A stretch of DNA of 62,522 nt, the filler included, from Chloroflexota bacterium (GTDB taxonomy: Bacteria > Chloroflexota > Chloroflexia > QHBQ01), in assembly GCA_043754535.1 (NCBI GenBank). It is 6 parts of 6 records of this genome, joined end to end, with 100 filler letters (N's around TTAATTAATTAA, not from the genome) between each part and the next. Parts side by side here need not be neighbours in the genome. Positions count along the whole stretch, not along the records: positions 37,977 to 44,101 come from JAYUUN010000013.1; positions 44,202 to 50,293 come from JAYUUN010000014.1; 4 more parts are not named here. One strand, given 5' to 3'. Shown piece after piece: positions 38,464-47,300 of this stretch. Each line of letters starts with the position of its first letter. Position 1 is the stretch's first letter. Position numbers and translations under genes: made by a program. Under the pieces are notes generated by a model. It did not search any database. It was not told the origin of the DNA and was given only the letters and a program-made list of their open reading frames with translations.

Positions 38464-39945
38464 CAGCAGGCGATCAGGCAGGTGGTAGCGAATCGCCCGT
38501 GCCTTGCCCCGTTGCTCCGCCACGCCGAGAGCTACCATACCGCCGAGGTCCTCATAGGCAACAGTGCGGCCCAGGTTGAACCTTGCCTGGTACTCGTCGC
38601 GGTTGATGCTGCCGCCACCATGCTTCAACCAGGCGGCCAGCAGGGTGCGTTGCCGCTCGTTGAGCTTGAGCCAGGTTGTCGCGGGGAGGGGTGGTTTTTC
38701 GTCGTCTCCGCTATCAACTGATGGTTGTACAGTTGGGGCGGCCACCGCCGCAGACCGGCGGAAGACAACCCGCACCCAGTTCGGCTCCGCGTGGAAGGAT
38801 GGTTCTGGTAGGCCAGCCTCACGCATAATCGAGCGCATCCGCCAGACTCCTGTCCCCCACTTTTCCGCAATGGCTGCGAAATAAGCCATCGCCCCGATGA
38901 TGTGGTTGCGAAGTTTGTGACGACCTTCCAGGCTGTCGGCGGTCAGTCCGGGAGGCAGCCCGCCAGGGCTGATGATCTCGATACGGTCGGGGAAGATGTA
39001 GAGCGAGACCGGCACCCGCTCCGAATAGCTGCGGTGGAGCAGGGCGTTGACGACCGCCTCACGCACGGCGGTGATGGGGTAGTCTGGCCGCTCCTCGCGG
39101 TATGCGCCCCGGATGACCGCGCCGAGGCGCGTGTTACGGGTGACGAAGGCAAGGGCAGCGTTCAACTGCGCCTCGATGGTGCCGCCCGCCTCGGCGCGGT
39201 CGAGGAAGGTCACACCCTCATCGGCAAAGGCCGCCAGGCGGGTGACGGCGTGTGGCACCATCGCCTGCGGCTCTGCGCCCAGCATCAAGAGACCGGCCAT
39301 GGTCGGACGCGGCTGGTCTCCACTCAGGTTGATGGCACGCAGGTCGTCCAACTGCTTGAGGGCTAGCTCGTCGGGGTACTGACCGCTCGGCAGTTGCACG
39401 CCAGTACGTAGCTCGGCCAGTGTAGCCCGCTGGAGCAGAAATCGGCGCACCAGGTCAGCATCCAGCGCGTCCAGGCCGACGGCCATCGGGTGCGCGTCGA
39501 AGTCCTGGCTCATGCGGTTCAGCACCAATTCCTTCAACTCGTCGCCGAAGACGGCGACATTGTGCGACCCTTCCCGCCGCAGATGCTTGCCGCTGTAGGA
39601 GTACAACTGATCACGTAGCGGCGGCAACTGGCAGACGATTACTGCCTTCCCCTCCACCTCGACCATGTATACATTCAGGCTGGCATGAACAGGTGGGCGA
39701 CAACCATGCGCCGCGTTAATAACCTTCTGCATCACGTCGTTGACCTTGATTGGCGTCACGCCCTGCACCCGACGGTCGTCGGTAATGCCGATCAGGATCA
39801 CGCCACCGTCGCTGTTCGCCAGCGCGACCAGTAGTTCGGATAGGTCAGGCTGGTTCTCTCCTTCTAGCTTGAACTCGACAGTCTGGCTCTCGCCTGTATT
39901 GACCAGGGCCATGATCTCCTCAGCGGTCAGTTTTGCCACTACCAT
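38419..39945 (-). CDS. Schlafen AlbA_2 + HATPase_c_4 (RecG C-terminal-like) + wHTH protein
   Basis: GESQTVEFK, ALANSDGGVILIGITD, YP..AVREAVVNALLHRSY, IEIISPGGL, RN..I, EKWGTG; C-terminal RTVAYEDL...G..R..RY. Confidence 0.9.
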   Translation of the reverse strand: MVVAKLTAEEIMALVNTGESQTVEFKLEGENQPDLSELLVALANSDGGVILIGITDDRRVQGVTPIKVNDVMQKVINAAHGCRPPVHASLNVYMVEVEGKAVIVCQLPPLRDQLYSYSGKHLRREGSHNVAVFGDELKELVLNRMSQDFDAHPMAVGLDALDADLVRRFLLQRATLAELRTGVQLPSGQYPDELALKQLDDLRAINLSGDQPRPTMAGLLMLGAEPQAMVPHAVTRLAAFADEGVTFLDRAEAGGTIEAQLNAALAFVTRNTRLGAVIRGAYREERPDYPITAVREAVVNALLHRSYSERVPVSLYIFPDRIEIISPGGLPPGLTADSLEGRHKLRNHIIGAMAYFAAIAEKWGTGVWRMRSIMREAGLPEPSFHAEPNWVRVVFRRSAAVAAPTVQPSVDSGDDEKPPLPATTWLKLNERQRTLLAAWLKHGGGSINRDEYQARFNLGRTVAYEDLGGMVALGVAEQRGKARAIRYHLPDRLLRADDSPDDKADDSG

Positions 39946-40387
39946 CTCTCCTGTTGTAGAGTTGTACTCACCATATCAACCCCCTTTATTGTGAAGGGGT
40001 TGGCTTCCCTGCAACGCTGTCAGCGAGCTACGCTCTTGTGGGATGGTTGCCGCTCGTCGTGGGCGTGGTGCTACTGGCCGAGAGGCAGGCATAGCCTCAA
40101 CCAGCAGCGGCAAGGGTGGCGCGAGGAGCTGCTCCTCGTTGATCTCTTGCAGCCCGGCTGTAACTTGCCGATGCCAAGTGCTGGTGCGCTGCCGCTACTC
40201 CTTCTGATCTACTGCCATGTTTCCACCTCCATGTTCAGAGGCGAATCGACGACCCACCCGCGTTTGTGGTAGTGTCGCTGTTGCCGCCACCCTGCGCTAT
40301 CAGGTCGTCGGTAAAGCACTACCCTGCTGCCGATGTTCCAGATAGGTTGTGGGGTGTTTTGTTTCATCCGCTGTCAGCGGATAATGC

Positions 40388-41209
40388 CTAACTGCTCAAC
40401 TCGTCAATAGCACGATCCATCTGCTCACTTACACGCTGGGCGGCTTCCCGTGTCTTGGTCAACTCGGCAATCGCTTCATTGAGCTTCACTGGGTCACGCT
40501 TTAGCCTGTCCTTGCTAGCCACCAGTCGTTCAGCACGGACAATGTACGTGTTGAGTGGGCGGTAGGGATCAGGTCGCTGGCGGGCATTTGATCCGCTGTC
40601 AGCGGATGGTGTGATTGTCTGCTGATCCGCTGTCAGCGGATTGTAACTACGCATCTGCTCCATTGTAATATTGCCCGCAAGGTATGCATCCAACGCAGCC
40701 TTATTCTCGGCAGCATAAACCCGATCCTCCACGTAGTCGGTTGACTTGCCTATCAGCTTACCAAGCCGGGCGTTAGTGCAACCTGTACGGTTCTTGAAAG
40801 CGAGGAACGCTACTGCTTCTTCGGCGAAGCCAAGCTCTTGCCGTTGCAGGTTCTCGACCAAGCTGACTATCTCAGCCTGCTCGTCGTCATACTCTTTGAT
40901 CACGACTGGCACAGACTTCAATCCGGCTTGCTTCGCCGCATTAAGGCGGCGGCTACCGGCAACCAGAATGTAACCACTCTCACGAGCAGGCCGCACGACG
41001 AGCGGCTCGATGATGCCATGCTGCTGTACGCTGGCAACCAGTTCAGCCATTGGCGCAGGGTCATAGGTTGAGCGAGGTTGAAAGGGGTTGGCTGCAATGT
41101 CATAGGGATTGACTTCCAACGGCGTGGCGGATTGCTGTTCGTCCTGTGTTTCTTCCGTTGCGGTTAGGAAGGATAGTTTAGCCTTAGCGGGTGGATTGAA
41201 TTTAGCCAT
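40388..41209 (-). CDS. parB: ParB/RepB/Spo0J family partition protein (plasmid/MGE type)
   Basis: NPFQPR, GIIEPLVVR, VAGSRRL.AA, ENLQR; non-canonical HTH GKSTDYVEDR. Confidence 0.92.
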   Translation of the reverse strand: MAKFNPPAKAKLSFLTATEETQDEQQSATPLEVNPYDIAANPFQPRSTYDPAPMAELVASVQQHGIIEPLVVRPARESGYILVAGSRRLNAAKQAGLKSVPVVIKEYDDEQAEIVSLVENLQRQELGFAEEAVAFLAFKNRTGCTNARLGKLIGKSTDYVEDRVYAAENKAALDAYLAGNITMEQMRSYNPLTADQQTITPSADSGSNARQRPDPYRPLNTYIVRAERLVASKDRLKRDPVKLNEAIAELTKTREAAQRVSEQMDRAIDELSS

Positions 41210-41975
41210 TTGCCCACCCCTCTACTCTGTCAGCCAGCGCAACCCAAGGCTGGGCTAGTTGTGGCGCGTGTATCACCAACGGTAGCCGCATGGTGTCGCT
41301 CTCTCCATATTTGGTACTCACGGCTATTGGCTCACAAACGGTGTCCCCATAAGCCTCCTGCAACCGTTCGAGGTGATGTTGATGCAACTTCGTGCCTCGG
41401 TACTGAGTTGGCTGTATGGCGATTATGGGCAGAGGGTTGCGCTTGGATGGACGCAAGTGCTGGATCGTGTTCATCAGCAGCACCAATCCCATCAGGCTAG
41501 CTTCCTCGGTCTGGGTAGGGATGATCAAGCCATCAGCAGCACGGATAGCGTTGGTCGTCAGCACCCCTAGGCTGGGGGGGCCGTCAATGATGATGTAATC
41601 GTATTGCTCGCGCAACCCTGCGTTGGCTATTTCGTCTCGTAGCACATTAGCGAAACCGTCAGGACGGAACAGCAAATCTTGCTCGGCCTGAGCCAACCCG
41701 ATGTCAGCCACCACCGTGTCACACCAGTCGAACCCACCGCTCTGCAAGCGATAAGGCTGCCACTCACGTCCTAGTAGCAAATCCAGTGTCGTGTACTGAG
41801 GGCTAAACGTTTCGTTGTCCGGCTCCAGACTCAGGCTGGTAAGGCTGGCTTGTGGGTCTAGGTCGATCTGCAGCACCTTGCAGCCACGTTGCTTTAGCAC
41901 CACCGCCAGGTTACGGACGGTTGTCGTCTTGCCAGTACCGCCTTTCTGGATTACTACACTAATAACCTTGCCCAT
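41202..41975 (-). CDS. parA: ParA family partition ATPase (plasmid/MGE type)
   Basis: QKGGTGKTT, DLDPQASLT, YDYIIIDGPPSLG; overlaps parB start. Confidence 0.93.
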   Translation of the reverse strand: MGKVISVVIQKGGTGKTTTVRNLAVVLKQRGCKVLQIDLDPQASLTSLSLEPDNETFSPQYTTLDLLLGREWQPYRLQSGGFDWCDTVVADIGLAQAEQDLLFRPDGFANVLRDEIANAGLREQYDYIIIDGPPSLGVLTTNAIRAADGLIIPTQTEEASLMGLVLLMNTIQHLRPSKRNPLPIIAIQPTQYRGTKLHQHHLERLQEAYGDTVCEPIAVSTKYGESDTMRLPLVIHAPQLAQPWVALADRVEGWANG

Positions 41976-42021
41976 TCCCTACTCCTCTCGGTTGATCCGC
42001 TGTCAGCGGATCGTGCATCTG

Positions 42022-42276
42022 CTATGGCTGCCCTGTACCAGCTTCTGCGTCTTCCTGATCCGCTGTCAGCGGATCGCTGTCCAGATATGACTTGAACGCT
42101 GCCCATTCATTGGGTGCAATGCGGAACTGGCGACCGTAGCGGCTGGCCTTCAGCTTCCGACCGCGGAAGCCCACCTTGATCCATGCGCGGATGGTCTCGT
42201 CAGAGACACTAATCTCTTGCGCAGCATCTACGGTGGTTAGCATTTTGCCCTTGCTCTCTTGACTATCTTGGCTCAT
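42022..42276 (-). CDS. excisionase/MerR-like HTH (HTH_17) protein
   Basis: MLTTVDAAQEISVSDETIRAWIK.G....LKASRYGRQFRI. Confidence 0.88.
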   Translation of the reverse strand: MSQDSQESKGKMLTTVDAAQEISVSDETIRAWIKVGFRGRKLKASRYGRQFRIAPNEWAAFKSYLDSDPLTADQEDAEAGTGQP

Positions 42277-42293
42277 ATGGCTGTTCTTGCTCC

Positions 42294-42322
42294 ATTATAT
42301 ACGACGTTGATCTGAATGTCAA
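42294..42322 (-). promoter_or_regulatory. consensus sigma70 promoter of the HTH-parA-parB operon
   Basis: Minus strand TTGACA (42322-42317) - 17 nt - TATAAT (42299-42294). Confidence 0.85.
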
Positions 42323-43012
42323 GCGGATGATAGCACAGACTAGCCAATTGAGCAAAGATAACAAATCATCCGCTGACAGCGGATCGTTAAGAAGCAGCAC
42401 CCTCCGCTGTCAACGGATCAGACAACAGAGGGACCGCCACCTCTCGGCAGCGACCGCTCACAACGACTACGACGACTTGGTTGTGACTGACTACTCCCCA
42501 CGCTTGACAAGCGGCGCAGCGATGGCGGGGTCAACGTCGGCTTCAAAGCGGGCGAAGGTCACTTCCTTGTCATGAACCTGCGCGGCGGTGTCGCTCGGCA
42601 TGGATTGGATCAGCGCGAAGTTAGCGTGCAGCGCATCTGCACGCTGGTTGAAGATCATCTCAAAAGCGGGTACTTGCCCAGCACTGGCAGCCTGTAGCTT
42701 TTTGCGGTGGGCAGCCCGCTCCCTCGCCGGCGCGCCTACCACCAGCGGCAGCAGAGCCAGTGCGCCGAAGCTACTTATCCCCAAGAGGCTATTGCCGGTC
42801 TTGAGTTGGTGATCGGTCGCCCGGATCGTCGGGAGCCAGCGGCAGCGACTCGGCCAGCCGGTGGGTCAGATGGTAGTTGGAGAACAGCCCATGATTAGTC
42901 AGGTATGCCGGTAGCTGATCCACACTGCACCACTCCTGCAGTATATTTGTTGGCCGCATTGTAGCACAAGGGGCAGGGTTTGGGGAGTCGGTATGAATAG
43001 CAATCCAGCCAG

Positions 43013-43041
43013 TTGACAACTACGTACAACTGTTCTACAAT
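43013..43041 (+). promoter_or_regulatory. sigma70 promoter
   Basis: TTGACA - 17 nt - TACAAT, then GGAGGG RBS and ATG at 43070. Confidence 0.75.
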
Positions 43042-43069
43042 AGGCTCATCCTAATCTTGGAGGGCCACC

Positions 43070-43698
43070 ATGAAGCTGAAGAACGATTACGAACTGGTCG
43101 GGCAGATGTTGCGCCAGAAGTTTGAGGAGAGCGGCCACAACGTGTTTACCGTCGCGCACGGTATAGTAGCATTATAGTCACGCGGCTGCACTGGCTGGCA
43201 CGTGGTGGCCGCAGCCGCCGCAACCGGCGGGAGATCGAAGCGATGCGCCGTGCCTTTGGCGACGAGTTCGCCGCTGGGCTGCAAGCCGCCGCCGGTCACA
43301 CCGCTGCCCAGTCCGCCAAGCAAGACAAGGAAGCCGAGGTGACAGCTCGTGTCCTGGGTAAAGAGATCGTTCGGCTGCGCGAGGAGCTTGCGCTCAACGA
43401 AGCCGAGGGTGACGAGCCTGAGCTACGGACGGCGGTGCTGACCATGCTAGAGCAGTGTCAGCAGCACCTTGACGGCTGGGCTACTTATCGCCAGAGCAAT
43501 TACGATCGCGCCGCCGACTTGCTGACCGCTGCTGAACATCTCTACAAAGCCGCCGACCTGACCTACCGCGCCAGCCACCCGCCGGTGCGTCCGCACGAGC
43601 AATGGGCCGACGCACCTCCACATCGCTACCGCTACGCCGTAGACGAGGCCAGCCGATGGTGGTTGCGGCCCGCCACTCAGCAAGCGAGTGCCAGCTAG
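43070..43698 (+). pseudogene. frameshifted gene, XRE-like HTH N-terminus plus helical C-terminus
   Basis: ORF 43070-43177 (MKLKNDYELVGQMLRQKFEESGHNVFTVA) continues in the -1 frame (ARYSSIIVTRLHWLARGG...MRRAFG) to 43698. Confidence 0.55.
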
Positions 43699-43864
43699 TC
43701 TGTAACCGTGCCGAATGTTGCGCCGAGCAGGGGTTAGAGTGTGACCCCTGCCGGTTGGTTGTTGGGCAGCAAAGCATCCCGGTAGGGTGAGCGTGGCACG
43801 CTCCAAAGTGTAGGGGTCACAAAGCGACCCCTTGCTGATCTGCTGCTGTAGCCGTCTGCTTCCA

Positions 43865-44101
43865 TCATTGCTCCTCCTCGTCCTGCGACCCCAAGTTGAG
43901 GCTGCTCAATTCGGTGTCATCCAGCCAGCTCCATATCTCCTGTTGCAGTGGGCCAAGCTCTGGGCGGTTGGCTATGTTCGTCACCTTCGCCAGCCGCGCC
44001 GCCGTGGTCAAGGCCCACTCTACTGGCACGTCCACGCTCTCGATCTTGCTCTCCAACGCTCGCTTGAGGTGCAGCAGCCGACCCTCCCCACCAGAGGTGA
44101 T
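43865..44101 (-). CDS. 5'-truncated hypothetical protein
   Basis: Frame runs to the contig end. Confidence 0.45.
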   Translation of the reverse strand: MTSGGEGRLLHLKRALESKIESVDVPVEWALTTAARLAKVTNIANRPELGPLQQEIWSWLDDTELSSLNLGSQDEEEQ

Positions 44102-44201
44102 NNNNNNNNNNNNNNNNNNNNNNNNNNNNNNNNNNNNNNNNNNNNTTAATTAATTAANNNNNNNNNNNNNNNNNNNNNNNNNNNNNNNNNNNNNNNNNNN
44201 N
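44102..44201. other. artificial contig linker
   Basis: N44-TTAATTAATTAA-N44. Confidence 0.99.
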
Positions 44202-44311
44202 CAACGCGCGACTTCGTGGTAGCTCCAGTTCTAGTCATGCTCATGTCCGGCTGTTCCCGTTAGTAGAGTTGAGGCTATGCGTTGGGCGGCGGACAACTAA
44301 GGAGGCGGTGG

Positions 44312-47300
44312 ATGTTGCGAATCCAGCTATTCGGTCACCTTGAACTAACCTGGCAGGATCAGCCACTAGCTATGTTGGGCAAGACCAGCCCACTGCTGAC
44401 TTACCTGCTGCTCAACCGTCATGCCCCAGTGCAACGTGATACCATCGCCTTCAGTCTCTGGCCTGACAGCCCCGAAACCCTCGCTCGACTTAACCTGCGC
44501 CGCACCCTGCACCAGTTGCGGCGCAGCCTGCCACCCGCTGAGGACTGGCTAACGAGTACCGCCGACACTGTGCAGTGGAACCCCAACAGCGACTACTGGC
44601 TTGATGTGGCCGACTTTGAGCGGCTGGCCGATTTCCCAGAGCATCTGGCCGAGGCTGTAGCCCTCTATCAGGGTGACTTGCTGCCAGACATCGATGCTGA
44701 GTGGCTGCTCTATGCCCGCGAGTGGCTGCGCTACCGCTATCAAGCCTGCCTGGAACGCCTGGTCGTCGAGCAGCACCGCCTACGTAATTACCCTGTTGCC
44801 AGCCACTACGCCGCGCAACTACTCGCCCGCGACCCCCTCCACGAGCAAGCCACTCGTCAGTTGATGACGATCCGCTACGAGATGGGAGATCGGGCCGCTG
44901 CGTTGGCAGCTTACAGCCAATTTGCCAACCGCCTCGCCGCCGAGCTAGCCACTGTGCCAATGGTTGCGACCACCGCCCTGTATGAGGCGATCCGCACTGA
45001 CCAGCCACTCCCCAGCTTCGCCGCAACGGTGCAACCACCCACCGAAGGGCCGTTGCCTGCGGGCCTGCCCTTTGTTGGTCGCCAGCCAGAGCTTGATCTG
45101 CTGACCCAGGCTTGGCAGTGGGCAGCAGGTGGGCAAGGTGCGCTCTACTTCCTCACTGGGGAAGCAGGCGTGGGCAAGTCGCGGCTGTGCGCTGAATTGG
45201 CCGCAGTAGTGGTGGGACAGGGTGGATGGGTACTACGCGGTGGCACCGCCAAGGGTGAGAGCCGACCGTACCAGGCGGTGGCTGCAATTCTGCGTGAGGC
45301 TGTGCCGCTACTCAAGGCGGGTAAGATAGCTGTTCCTACTTTGCGGGCCATCCTACCCCTACTACCCGAACTGGTGAGCCAGCAGACTATGCCACTGCCG
45401 CCACTAGAGCCAGAACGAGAGCGTGACCGTCTTTATCAAGCGGTGGCCGAATGCCTCACCACCCTGGCGGCCAGCCGCCCCCTGCTGCTGATCCTCGAAG
45501 ATATGCACTGGGCGGGGCAGGCCTGCATCAGCCTGCTACAATCTCTGGTTGGGAGCATCGGCGGTAGTGCAATCCTGATCGTTGCCACCCACCGCGAGGA
45601 AGAAACCGGGCGCGATCATCCCCTACGTGAGTTCCGCCGTCAGGTCACCACCATTAGTCGTCAGCTAGCCCTTGAACGATTGAGCGGCGAGGCTGTAGAC
45701 GAGTTGGTAGCACAATTGCCAGGACGCGCGCCGGACGAGGAAGTGGCAGCAGCCTGGTATCGGATGAGCGAAGGCAACCCCTTCTTCCTCGGCGAACTAA
45801 TCTATAGCTGGCTGGGCGATGAACAGGGGATGAACATGATAGAGGCAGGGCCGTTGCCGCTCAAGGTGCAACAGCTACTCGCCCACCGGATTGCATCGCT
45901 ATCAACCAACACGCAGTTGGTAGCCGAAGTCGCCAGCGTCGTCGGTGCTAGCTTCAGCCTGGAACTGGTTGGCGAAGCGGCTGGCTTGAGCGAGGGGCAG
46001 GTACTCAGTGCGCTAGATCAGTTGCTCGACCAACGGCTGGTGCGCGAGGGCGCGGGAGGAGAGTACGGCTTCAACCACCATCTGATCCGCGAGGCGTTCT
46101 ATCAGAGGGTCGAGGCGGGCAGTCGGCAGCGACGACACCGACGCATCGGTCTCTTGTTGGAGGAAGCGGCGCAGCAGCAGGCGGCAGAGATCGCGGCCCA
46201 CTTTGCGGCGGGAGGTGAGGGGGAGCAGGCGCAGGCATGGTATCTAAAGGCGGCGGAGCAGGCGGTGAGCCTGTACGCCGACAATGAAGCGTTGGTGGCT
46301 GCCGACCGCGCTTTGCTGCTTGGCAACGACCCCTACCGCTGCTTCGCGGCTCTGGCCTTGCAAGAGGGGGTCTACCATCGGCTGGGGCAACGTGAGCAGC
46401 AGGAATTGGTTCTAGCGCGGCTAACCGCCATCGCCGAGGAGCTTGGCGAGGCCGACTTGCAGGCCGAAGTGCTGCACCGTAGGCTTAAGCGCGCAGCGGT
46501 GATGGACAGGCGTGATGAACGCGACAGCCTGATCGCGGCTCTGTTCTCTCTAGCAACGACCAGCGGTAATCAGCACTGGCAGGCGGTTGCCCTCCTTCAG
46601 CAAGGCAGCAGTGAAGTGGTTAGGGGTGATATTGCGGGTAACCAGCATCTTGAAGCGGCCCTTGCGCTCTTTAGCACGCTTGGCGAGACAGATAATCAGG
46701 TGATGTGTTATTGCTGGCTCAGTCAAGCCGCCAGTGGTGCGCTTCAGTATGAAAGGGCCAGCGCGTTGCTTGTGGCTGCGCGTGCCTGCATTACCCCTGA
46801 CAATTGGCCTGCATTGCGGCGGATAGTGCAGGCCAGCATCGTCGCTGCACATGCCCAAGCGGACTACGCCGCCGTCCACACCTTCGCTAGCGAAATGCTG
46901 TCTCTTTGCCAGACGATCCACGATGTAAATGGCGAAGCGGATGCCTACGCTATGCTGGCAACCGCCACCTACGACCAGCAGCAGGTGCAGGCGGCCCTCG
47001 ATCATTGCGAACAGGCTCGGCGCATCTACGTGGCAATCGGCAAACGGATGGGTGAGGCGGCGGTGCTGGCCCGCTTCGGGATCGTCTACTGTATCGTTGG
47101 GCAGAATGAGCGGGGGCTAACCTTGCTGCAAGAGAGTGCCGACCTGTATGCGGCCTGTGGCAACCAGCGCGGTCAGGCGGCAGCGTTGATGCAACTGGCC
47201 CTGCATGGGCTGTGGGCTGGTCGCTTCGTCGAGGCTAAACGGGCAGCCAGCGAGGGTTTGCGGCTGGCGCAGGCTATCGGCAGCAGTTGGTATCAAGAGT

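Larger units (their letters stand above)
40366..42418. repeat. dispersed 17-bp palindrome ATCCGCTG(T/A)CAGCGGAT, candidate parS/operator
   Basis: Exact copies at 40366, 40591, 40625, 41995, 42058 and 42368; 2-mismatch copy at 42402; 11-bp core at 40015; degenerate copy at about 42310-42328. Confidence 0.9.

Noticed and set aside
40366..42418. Palindromic repeats read as a CRISPR array or iterons
   Set aside because: Spacing is irregular, units are only 17 bp, copies lie inside genes, and there is no cas or rep gene on the contig.
42491..43019. ORFs 42491..42784 and 42789..43019
   Set aside because: No clear RBS or motif and different frames; cannot be supported as genes.
43739..43832. GTGACCCCT / AGGGGTCAC inverted repeats
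   Set aside because: Short, and explained by a hairpin or terminator between convergent genes; too weak to call a recombination site.
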